Positions 26,740-37,791 of a DNA stretch of 63,752 nucleotides are shown piece after piece. The stretch comes from Phoronis australis (Eukaryota; Animalia; Phoronida). The position numbers were made by a program, and so were the translations under genes. Location: assembly GCA_002633005.1 (NCBI GenBank), contig NMRA01000969.1:14310-78061 (forward strand). The letters run 5' to 3'. The notes beneath the pieces are model-generated. The model searched no databases. It had not been told where the DNA came from and was given only the letters and a program-made list of their open reading frames with translations. Each line of letters begins with the position of its first letter. The stretch's first letter is position 1.

Positions 26740-27700
26740 AACAATACCAAACATTGCACACCGCTTTACACCAACCTGACATCGTCTATTGGCTACACTT
26801 TGTTCCTGCAGGAATCGGATAGCATCAGGAAAATGCATGGACACAGTCACCTCAAGAGCCAATAGTAGTGAGTAGAGAACGTAGACCATGTGTGCAACAA
26901 GCCTGTTGACACCACCAATGGTGACCACAACAAACACTGTAAGGGCTACCAGCTTTGTGAAGGTGAAATAAAAGGCAAAATTGATCGAATCGATGGCAAG
27001 CGACGTCCGGATGAAACAAACTTCCAATCTGCAACGACAAATGAAGACATGAACATGATGCCATTCATTTTCGTTTTCACTTGGAGTTGAATTTTGGCTG
27101 ACAACATTGCGCACCTATGGTCCGCCTCAACCTGGAAAAGTAGCCAAGTTTAAGTAAAATGTGGGGACCCGAATTAGTAAAAGACAAGAACATGCAGTCA
27201 AGAATAAGTGAGTGACATCACATGGTTCACTTGGGGAATAGAAGCTAACCACTTCAGAAGGCAAGCTATTGAGATCACATGGTCAACTTGAAATGTATGG
27301 CAACAGGTTGAAGAGACTTGCATCAATTCACAAGGCACTTTATTGAACACACTGCAGGTCATGTGACAGATTTTGTACCAATTACGTCACATGACAGTGA
27401 TAATACCATCTACTCACTCAACCAGATGTGAACTTGTAATAAAGCCACCTTGTAACAAAAGCGTAGTAATTATCAACTAATTAAGCACTGGGCAGAGTTC
27501 AATATGAAAAGAAGCTACACAATTAGTGCACCAGAAAAAAAAAATCAATTTGGAAATGAACCTTGTTGGGCAGAAATCTGTGACTGGAGAACACGGAGTT
27601 TGATGAAGAAATGGCAAGAATGGAAGCCTGTACCGAGTCTGAATTGTGCCGAGACTAGAACTAGTGCGAGCAGCAGCAGCAGCAGCAGCAACTGCAGCGC
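26740..27700. repeat. Segmental duplication carrying exon 8c; partner is about 35325-35900 plus 36530-36880 (exon 8b)
   Basis: Colinear intron homology, e.g. 27400-27670 versus 36580-36870; both copies end in a CAG-rich tract. Confidence 0.9.
26776..27028 (-). CDS. ABCC4: ABCC4-like alternative exon 8c (recent paralogue of 8b)
   Basis: ttgcag|A...CAG|gttgg, 253 bp, open; LEVCFIRTSLAIDSINFAFYFTFTKLVALTVFVVVTIGGVNRLVAHMVYVLYSLLLALEVTVSMHFPDAIRFLQEQSVANRRCQ. Confidence 0.84.
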
Positions 27701-27706
27701 AGCGCA

Positions 27707-29790
27707 TGACATAACAAGCTGTAGGTCGAATGTGAAACCTGAAATTTGGAAATGCCAGCTCGTATCACATCGCAACATGAGACCAGCAATGTCTAAAGTA
27801 TGCAAGCTGAGATTTTACACTTCTCGGCAGATATCTGGCAAACAAAAGTTGGTTGTCACCAAATCACATTCAAAAGAACCAACAAACAGAGAACAGCACT
27901 CTCGAATGATTTATAAACAAGTCGCATGAACATGGGATAATATTGAATCGATCTTTAGCATGTTTCATTGGCTAGTATTCTCGGCTACTTTTGCGAATGC
28001 GCCAAAGAAAATTTCGGACAACGGCATAAAACGAGATAAAACGTCAGAAAGCAGTGATGTTTCAAGTAATTTGTAAACGATTATCGCACCAAACTTTGTG
28101 ATGGAAAACATATACCGCAGGACGGCACTGGTTGGTCCCACTGTTTGCACACAAGGTCTCGACAGACGATTGTAACTTGGCCCGTCTCGTTTTTTATCGC
28201 AAAAGACAGCAAACGTGAAAGGGACAACTCTATTAATCATAGAATGATGGGCAAGACTTGTCTTTCAGCAGAGTAGTTTTGTGCCACGAAGAAATTTCCA
28301 AGCCCTTGTTTTTGGGACTTAGCGCTTGCATATCTACCAGGGTTTTCCATAGATAAGCCCCTAGGCGTCTATTCGGAAAATGAAATTTTTCAGGCCTAGG
28401 CGTTTATTCGGAAAAAGGGGGTGGGTAAACGGAAAGTCAGAACTTTGTCTACGTAAATACCAGCGTGAAGCGAGATTTGTATTTTTGTAAGTGAAACAGC
28501 CCTTCAGGGTGGATTGGTAATCCTTAAAAGGACTGACGTGAATACTTTGATACCTGTTAACAACGTTAATTGATGCAATATCTGTGCTGCGGAACAAGAA
28601 AATTAATATGCATGACACTTCTAGACCTCCTTGAGGCAAAGATGATCGCACCCAAGGTCGCTGAGCAGAAATTCTATGAACGTCGGCTTGAATACTGAGT
28701 ATTGTGAAAAAATAACAAATTTGAGCCAGCTCTCTTGGTATGTGCCCAACCGGAAGTCCGTCTTTGACTGCTTTCATGCTTTACCGATCAAGCGTGTACC
28801 CATTAACAACATTGAAGTCCACGTAGGGAATCCATGAATGAGTCTCTTATGATGCAATACATACAGACAGTAATGATGAGGCAAGGTCCTTTTTTTCAAC
28901 ACTGACAAATCCGTTTTGCTTATGAACGCACAGCGGAGTCACTGGGCTGAAACTGTAACTGCAGAGTTTCAAACATTGAATATTGGTGTGAAGATAATTC
29001 CAGCCAAAATGACCAGTTTCCTTCAGCCACTTGACGTTTCTGTTAACACTCCGTTCAAAGCTAGGGGTTGCGAGATCAGTATCAGTATTGGCTTGAAACA
29101 GCGAGAAAGAATATACCCCGAGAGGATATCGCCGCCGCCCATCCAGTGAGAATTTGTATCTTCAGCCATGCGGCAAATCCCGCAAGACATCATTATCAGA
29201 GCGTTTGAATGTTGCAGCATAGCTGCTGATGGGCAAATGGTCTCTACCTTATTCCTCAATGCCCGGATTCGCGAACACAAGGGGTATAACGCGGGTATCC
29301 AAGAGATGGACGCAAGTCAGTGAATCTCGTTATCGACTCGGAGATGGAATGAGTCACTCGGAGGACAAGCTGGGTGAAAACATTGACATGGACTGAATAC
29401 ACGTAGATTTAGAGGTTTCCTAACTGGTTTTTACTTGAAAGTGTTTTTTGAAAATTTTATGTTAATAAACACATAATTCGGCAACACTTTGTTCAATTTT
29501 ACAAATGATAAATGCTCCAAAAACTGAATTTGTGGCTAAAAGTTGATGCTTATTAAGCTTTTAAGAGAACATTTTCCAAATAAACGGTCCACAATCTAGA
29601 CACTTGACAAGAGAACTTGCAACACCAAATAAATGCCCATGAGCGTTTATTCGGCATAATTTTCCGAATAAAGGCATATGGGCTATTTATCGGGTGGGCT
29701 TATCTACGGAAAACCCCGGTAAGAGTCATTTGTCACTCACATGTTGTGTCAAAGTAACGTGAACACCAGCAATTCAAGTGTTTGAATTGG
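27707..29790 (+). mobile_element. hAT-like MITE family copy interrupted by a pogo element
   Basis: Homologous to 31865-32540 and 62911-63700 (the last begins cagggctcgacataac). Confidence 0.6.
28337..29719 (+). mobile_element. Internally deleted pogo-family DNA transposon
   Basis: ta|ccagggttttccatagataagccc ... gggcttatctacggaaaaccccgg|ta; DDE_1 remnant IIPAKMTSFLQPLDVSVNTPFKA (28916-29070); opposite-strand HIRAN-like remnant VGHIPRELAQIC...GGLEVSC. Confidence 0.85.
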
Positions 29791-32700
29791 AAGAGTTCAT
29801 GTTACTTAAACATGTATTTGAACTCTCCAAACTATACTAATGTATAATAGGAACTAAGCGACAATGTTTTAAAGATGTATTTGCATGCTCCTAACTATGC
29901 TAATATATGGCAGGAATTAAACGACAATGCTATTTGAACATCATCTATGCTAAACAAAGTGCAGTTGTATTCATTGACAACTTGTAAATGTCAAAACAAA
30001 AAAAATACACAAATAGGTGACCTTTGCACTATTGATGTACCATGGGGCTCATATAATCTGCATCATGCAGTGTTATTCGCCAACATCACGTCACGATACT
30101 TATTGGACACAAAACTCCTTCTTAAAAACATTTAGCACTTTTCAAGCTATTTCATCACATTGTCGCTATATGTTGCGTTTCCAACTAATTTGACCAAGCA
30201 ATCAAAGAGTTGTGGAAATAGCTTTTGAGTTCTACTTTAAAAGCGTGTACACCACTCCAAAGCCACACAGTCGAAAGAGACCAGTGCCAGTACTACAATA
30301 TAGCGGCCCGCCTCTGGTAAGCAAGGTGTTTATTTGATGATGAATTCCTCCCCCAATGGTTATAAAACAGATTTTGTTAAACGTCAGCCATCGGGCTGAA
30401 TACGATTTATTTTCAGAATCTCCGATTCATATTACTTTAGTCCAGACATTTGCTCGATTCATTCCTAGGAATTCGCTGTTGTTATCCCTCAATTTACCAT
30501 GAACTTGACGACTCAAGGCAAAGAACCAAATCACTCTGTCTGGAGGTTGTTTGCTTTCTCTTACACTGAATAATGTGTACTAAAGTTTGAATGCCATAAC
30601 AATAATGAACGATGTAGAGTGAAAATCAGCAAATACTGTAGCAACAAATAAGTACGGTGTTTTCTCTATCAATTCGTACACTCCATTAGTTCATACAGGA
30701 CCCTTGAAACATGCCGTTTGTCTCCAATAATTCGTACAATAGGCTTCCGAGGGAAAAATAGTTCGTACACACATTTGCGTCAGAAAAAATAATTCGTAGC
30801 TTTTTGGATCGGTAAAATGGAAATTTTCATTCTTATATCAGAACACAAATCAATAAGCGCCAATTCTATTCAGGTGATCGGAATCCGTTATTTGCTTTAC
30901 TATGCTAGCATAGAGCTTGAAAAGTCGTTTTTCAGATCGCCATTTTTGGCAGCAGAAAATGTGTAAATAGCGATAAGATTTACCAGTGTGTCGCCAAATG
31001 GTGGTAAAATTGTCATAACAGCGGATTTTCCCAACAAGGTTCTGTTACCTTCATATTAGCACTACACGAATAAATTTACAAAAGTGCGGAGTAACAGTAC
31101 CATGCCGTCCCGTAGTCTTGTTAGAGCTGATTCCGGTGACTGTAGTGCGCAGACGTCAAATGACTATACAGTGCTCTACTTTGATTGCAACTATTCTCAC
31201 GTGGCGAAGTGCGCGCATGCAATCTTCACGTGTTGTAGAGGTTACATCATATGGATTAAATTTATGGCCACAATGGTCTCGTGACATGAGTAGAACTATG
31301 TGTGTATTAGGTGTAATGTTCTGAAATCAGAGAGCAAATAATGAGTTGTTGGACGAAATTAATGTTTGAAAAACTAATTCAGGTTTTTTTATGGTTGGGA
31401 ATGTTTATGTTCTAGACTCCGCACACCAATGAATTGTCAACGTAAGGTTTATTTCGGCTGTCTTATCTCGAACGCTCGGCACGGTTAACTTCACTTGCCA
31501 TTGCGTAAAACACACTACGTAATGAAGACGAAAATTGTATTTAAGCGGACATAAGCTAGTCGCCAATCAAAAGGTACTGCAAGGGTATTACTCAACAGCA
31601 AGTATTTGCTTGATATTTTATGACTTTGACTCGGGATGAGTCTAAAGAACCCGTACAGTGAGGGTCCTAGGGAAAAATACTTCGTACAGTAGGGGGGTCG
31701 AGCGAAAAATAGTTCGTATACGTATCTTTGTCGGTAAAAATAACTTATAAACAAATTGCCAATTATTCAGGTAATAGGTAGCCATGGTAAGTTAGTGACT
31801 AGCTCTAACCAGCAATGCCTACTCAGTGAGTACGCGCTAGTTCGGTGTCGGTTGTAATGAACTCGGCGACCTGAAATTTTGAAATGCGAGCCGAGACAGG
31901 TCATTTCATATCAAGTTGCAACCTGGAAATTCCCAAGAACGCGAGCTTAGGCTAGATTTTGGCGGCAAGTAGTTACCTAACACTTGAGCAAATCTGGTCG
32001 TTATTTGGTTGTTTCCAAATCAAGTTGAACACTCGGCCCTCTTCATTGAGTTGAAAACATGCTGCATGAACATGGGATAACGTCTTTGGGTAATTCAGAA
32101 CTGATCTTTGACGCGCTTCATTGGCTGCTGTTTTTGGCTACTTTTGCAAATTTTTGGATGAGCCGACAAAAAATTCGGACCACGGCATAAATACGTGATC
32201 AATTAAAAACGTCACAGCGATGTTTAATTCACTAGAGACCACCTTACTGAATTTGTGATGAAAAAAACATTTATTTTTCATGCAAGCTGTCCTGATCAGC
32301 CAATTACAATATCCCCAACAATATCATCACACTGCGGCACTGCATGGTCGATCCGCTGTTTGCGCGCAATGTCCCGACAGACCGTGACTTGGAAATGCGC
32401 CTCTTTTTTATGGCAAGACAGCAAACAGATTCTCCAGCCCTACTATACTTTCTGGGGCTGAGCATGACGCGCGTATGTATGAGTCACCTGTCACTCACAT
32501 GTGTTGTTGTCAATGTAACATGCACTCCAATGATTCAAGTGTGGGAACATACACGTGCGCTACTTCAAAGTCACACATCAAACGAGAGTAGCGACAGTGC
32601 TAACTGAGAGAGTACACCTGTTTCGCATTCAGTAATGGTAGGACCTTGCTAAAAAGCAAGACTTCGTGAGATTCTTGATGCGAGATATTGTCATGTATTT

Positions 32701-34460
32701 TGAGTGAGAACATGTGACTTTTGCTAGATTTTAGCTTGGTCCTAGCGTAGGTCCTAGCATAACAGAACGCACGCCTGCTCGTCTCTGTACCAGATAAGTT
32801 TCAGCGATCCAGGTGTTAATTTACTTGACAATGAACTTAGACCTCTTGGGGTTATAAAAGACCCGTTGCTGCGCAATATTCCTTGGGCCTAATGTTCCGC
32901 AGAACCGCGTGTCTCTGGGCTCGATATTCCAGGCCCTGTAGCCACCTTCTAGAGATCTTTTTTATTCTTCTCTCTGTACAACCCCCTCACATTAGCGCCA
33001 ATTTTCATTCCCCGGGTCACCGGTCGACCACGTAAATTTTTCAGGCTCGATTCTATGGGAAGAATTTTATTCCGGCTGAAGCTGGCCAGTGTAAAAACAA
33101 AATTATTCCGGGTGGCTATACATGTAGGTGGAAACTGTATCTACACAGACAGGCCTAGGCGGAGCAGTTTGCCCCAAGAAATTGTATCGTAATAGCATTT
33201 CTTACTGTTGCACTCATTTAGTTTCTTATTACCGCAAACATTCACGTATAGTATTCGTCTATAACACTTTTGATTTTTTAGGAAATACGGTAAGCGACTA
33301 CTGCTCTTCTAAGCTAAGTCTCGAGAAATTTCAATTAAGCTCCAGGGCACACAACAAGAACTGCCAGCGACATTGGTAAAATCTGCTAACATAAAAACTG
33401 GCTTGCATTTTTTAGTATTTCAAGACCACACACAAATACCCGGCAGCAAATTAACCTTGTGAGGCACACTGTCCTTCTCTTCGCCACGGCATCCTCAGTA
33501 ACCCGGCAAAATACATTTCCAGAAAGCCAAGTCCGGGGAATTTTATCAAAATAGGGAGAATTTGACCTTTCCGTGAGGTATCACCCGGCAAAAATAATTT
33601 ACTTGTTGTTATAATTCACATTGCCAAACTACCGTCTCGGAGGCCATCGTTACACTTGTTATCGTCTATTTTTATCTCTAATAATTTGAACACTCGACTT
33701 TCTTCTCTAATAGTTCTTATGGCCAATTTTGTCTCTAATAATTCATACACGAAGCTCTAATAGTTCATACACTAGTGAACGAAGTAATAGAGAAAACATC
33801 GTTAGCATGTGCGTTTGGACGTCCTACTTCATAATACAGCATAAATTATGTGAGGTGACCAGCTGGAAACGGCAAACAACGCATCGTCCAAAGCAAATGC
33901 AGATGGAATGAAAGCACCACACTGTTAAGCTAAACAACTTACATGGTTTATACAGACTATTTGATGAAGACCAGTGGCCATAAGGCAGCTGTTTTGACCC
34001 AAGCAAGAAATCAAAGTGTCAGACCGTCATCAAAAAAAAAGCTGAAAACCAAGAAGACAAAGCAATGCTCGTTGTTTTGCAGACAACTTTTTGGGTGGCA
34101 AATGATTCCTTGCTACTGATTACAATTTCAGTCAACATTAGAATTGTTGTCTGATTTGGAGGTCTCAAACTTGTCATAATTCTGCCATTAAATACTCTGA
34201 TGAGTGGGTTTCTAGAGGCCATCAGTAAAACACTAGAAGACCAAATGAAACAGCTGATCAGTCTCCAGTGGTATATATATATTGGCTGACCAAAGTAGTG
34301 ATCTTGCTGTCAAAGGTAAAGATGGAGCGAGTGTTATGACGGACACAGGTAAAAAGTGTCAATGGCTTCCTAATGCAGTTAATTCCACAACCATTGCAGT
34401 GCACATTATCTAGCACTTTGTACCGGCTAGTCTACTTTAGAGGTTCCTACTATGAAGGAC

Positions 34461-34590
34461 CATCAAGAGACCTTGACCTCCCTGTGTTGCAACATCAAGA
34501 GACCTTGACCTCCCTGTGTTACAACATCAAGAGACCTTGATCTCCCTGTGTTACAACATCAAGAGACCTTGACCTCCCTGTGTTACAACT
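34461..34590. repeat. 32 bp tandem repeat, 4 copies
   Basis: catcaagagaccttgacctccctgtgttacaa. Confidence 0.9.
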
Positions 34591-35359
34591 TCCAACAGGC
34601 ATAATAAGCGTCATCAATTCCACCATGTCCTGGAATCACTAAGCATCAAATAAAAAAACAACTTCACTCCGTAATTTTTAACACCTCAGAAAAGAGCGTA
34701 ATCTTAAAATTTTGTCAGTGACCACAGTCATTTGACCAATCATGAATGGAGAAGCCTGACATGCAGATTACTTGTACATACAACAAGCCTTATTGGTAGA
34801 ACCATGCGCTGTACACTAAGTCTGTCATTTAATGGATTTTTGGTCCTGTACATGTGGATCGCCCTTCAAACGAAGTTGATTATTTTCAACTTCAATTGAA
34901 TTTTTAAAGAGAAACAAATGCTCAACATTGGCATCACTTTAAACCCTGTGTACAACAATTTTATGTCCTATAGTACATAGAATACAGGTGAATCCGCAAC
35001 AAAACAGCCTATTCATTTTCAATGGATATAACAACTCGCCCATGCATTCTCATTGCTTGAATTTAACCTTCAGCAACACAAATATGTACTGAAGCACTTT
35101 GTAGTCTCACTAAGATGTACTATGAGTTCATCTTTACCAACTAAGGTAAACGGGCGAATTCAAAAGTCAGTGATTTGACATCGAAACACAGATGAATTGG
35201 GGCCATACCTTGCAGCACCATCAGTTTCAAGTGTCTCAGTGACATGAAAAAAACCCAAAAAGTCCCATGGGACTAGCCTTGTTACCAAGACAACAAAGAT
35301 GAAAACGCCTCTACCAAACAGAAACAATTGTAAGACATCACACACCACTTTGCACCAAC

Positions 35360-35612
35360 CTGACATCGTGCGATGGATACATTTTGTTCCAGCAAGAAAC
35401 GGAGAGCGACATGAAACTGAATGGACACAGTCACCTCAAGAATCATTACTAGTGGGTAGAGAATGAAAACCATGCGTGCAATAAGTCTGTTAACACCACC
35501 CACGGTGACCATAGCAAACACTGTAAGGGCTACCAGCTTTGTAAAGGTGAAAGTAAAGGTAAAATTGATCGAATCGATGGCAAGCGACGTCCCCATGAAA
35601 CAAATCTCGAAT
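35360..35612 (-). CDS. ABCC4: ABCC4-like alternative exon 8b
   Basis: tttcag|A...CAG|gttgg, 253 bp, open; FEICFMGTSLAIDSINFTFTFTFTKLVALTVFAMVTVGGVNRLIARMVFILYPLVMILEVTVSIQFHVALRFLLEQNVSIARCQ. Confidence 0.82.
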
Positions 35613-36863
35613 CTGAAATGACAAATGAAGACATTAACGTGACGTCATTCGTTTGGATGGCTTTCACCTGATATTCAATTTTGAGCGAGAACATTGAGCA
35701 CCTATGGTCCACCTGGGCCTAGAAACGGAGCGAAGTTTAAGTGAAATGTGGGGACCAGAATTAGTTGAAGACGAGAACATGGAGTCAAGAATTAGTGAGT
35801 GACATCACATGGCTCACTTGGGGGATTATAGAAGCTAGACACTTCAGAGAGTATGCTACTGAGATCACACGGATCACTTGAAATGCATGGTAACAACTCA
35901 TAGAGACTTAAAGTGCATAAAATCATCATTTACCTTGACCATTTACAAGTGACTACATTGTCAGCCTCATTGCATCTTTCGTTACAACACTTCACAACAC
36001 AATCGTGAATTCAATATCCAAAAAAACGAGAAAATAGAAGACAAGCGACTTCAATTGAAAGTTTCCCAGCTCCACCATAGATTATAGACAACTATAGTCT
36101 ATGGCTCCACACACTTGTTCACCCAACAGGCAAGTTTCTTGACTTACCTTGTTCAATATCCGTGCTACACTGATGCCTTACTAAAAAGTGAGCAAAGTCA
36201 CAGTGTGGTCAAATACATAGTTGTCACAACCACAACAAACACATCGCCTCACTATTCCTTACTATACTGTAAACCACAAAATACCAAGCAGCAATATCTG
36301 ACGATTTTTCACACTAAGCATAATGGAGGATGACTAGGCCTGTGATAATGTAGTATGTATCAACCAATAAAAGCTCGTAGCTCAATATCAGCTAATTAAC
36401 ATACAGTCAGATAGTGTTTTGGTGGTGTTCTCAGTTGACAGCTGGGATAGACTGGTGAAGTTGTTTTATGGTTTTTAGTTTTGAAATTGGTGGTTTTAAG
36501 CACTTCAAGTGAACTCGGACACTAACTTTATTATGCGCACTACGGGTCACGTGACAGATTTTGTAGCAGTCATATCACATGACAGTGATAGTACCACGTA
36601 CTCACTCAACCAGATGTGAAGTTGATGGTAACTTGTAACAAAGCCACCTTGTAACAACAGCATAACAATTATCAACTAATTAAGCACTGGACAGAGTTCA
36701 ATATGAAAAGAAGCTACACAATTAGTGCACCAGAAAAAATCAGTTAGGAAATGAACCTTGTTGGGCAAAAATCTATGACTGGTGAACATAGAGTTTGATG
36801 AAGCAATGCCAAGAATGGAAACCTGTATCAAGGCTGAATTATGCTGACACTAAAACTAGTGTG

Positions 36864-36970
36864 AGCAGCGGCAGCAGCAACGACAGCAGCAATGACAGCA
36901 GCAACGACAGCAGCAACGACAACAGCAACGACAGCAGCAACGACAGCAGCAACGACAGCAGCAGCAGCAC
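36864..36970. repeat. (agcagcaacgac)n 12 bp repeat
   Basis: Seen directly; produces the spurious SSND / LLSL ORFs. Confidence 0.9.
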
Positions 36971-37541
36971 AACAGAAACAAGAGTAATATCAGCAGTATT
37001 TCGCAGAACACCTGCTGACAATAATGAGCACCACTTCACGTGTCTGCTGACAATAATGAGCACCACTTCACATTCACGTGAATGGTGAATGGGTCGAGTA
37101 ATATTGCACAACAGCATTACATAAACATGGTGCTCCCAACCTAATATCTCCGTCACACCAACTTAGTTCACACTACAAACTCAAGGATGTGACAAAGACC
37201 GAGAAGGTACTAACTGAGGATTTCTTGAACGGTGTCGCATCCAAAGTACAGTTTTAGTCATAGTTGACCCTTTCCACTTGGGCATTAAGGGAAATGGAAA
37301 GGAAAATCAGTACTTGCACTAAACAGGATTTTGTGTCCCAAACTTTAACTATAATTATTATAATTGGATGCAGAAATAAAAATGTATTCAAGCTAAAGAT
37401 CCTGGTACGGCCGCAATTTGAAACAGACATGAATCCTATTGGCTATATTAATAACAAGTAACAAGAGTCTACTTTTTGTTACTGCTCCAAATCTTATAAT
37501 CTCACTTATACAGAAACCACGGAGACTCAAGTGCCACCAAC

Positions 37542-37791
37542 CTGTAACCTTCTTATAGTGACCAAAGCCTCCTCCATGAACTGAATGGCGAAGGGTATGA
37601 ATACAGACATAGACAACTCCAGAACGCGCACAATTGCGAGAATAGTGAAGACCACTGTTGTAGGTAGACCACTAGTTAAGAAGACGAACGTAACGAACAC
37701 AGCATAGGTGACCATTTTTGAGGAAGAGAAAGCAAACGCAAGGTTTACAGAGCGGGTAGAATGAGCAGACTGGATGTAGCTGACCTCTGAC
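37542..37791 (-). CDS. ABCC4: ABCC4-like alternative exon 8a (TM5-TM6)
   Basis: ttgcag|G...CAG|gttgg, 250 bp; SEVSYIQSAHSTRSVNLAFAFSSSKMVTYAVFVTFVFLTSGLPTTVVFTILAIVRVLELSMSVFIPFAIQFMEEALVTIRRLQ; colinear with human exon 8 (KEISKI...SEAIVSIRRIQ). Confidence 0.9.
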
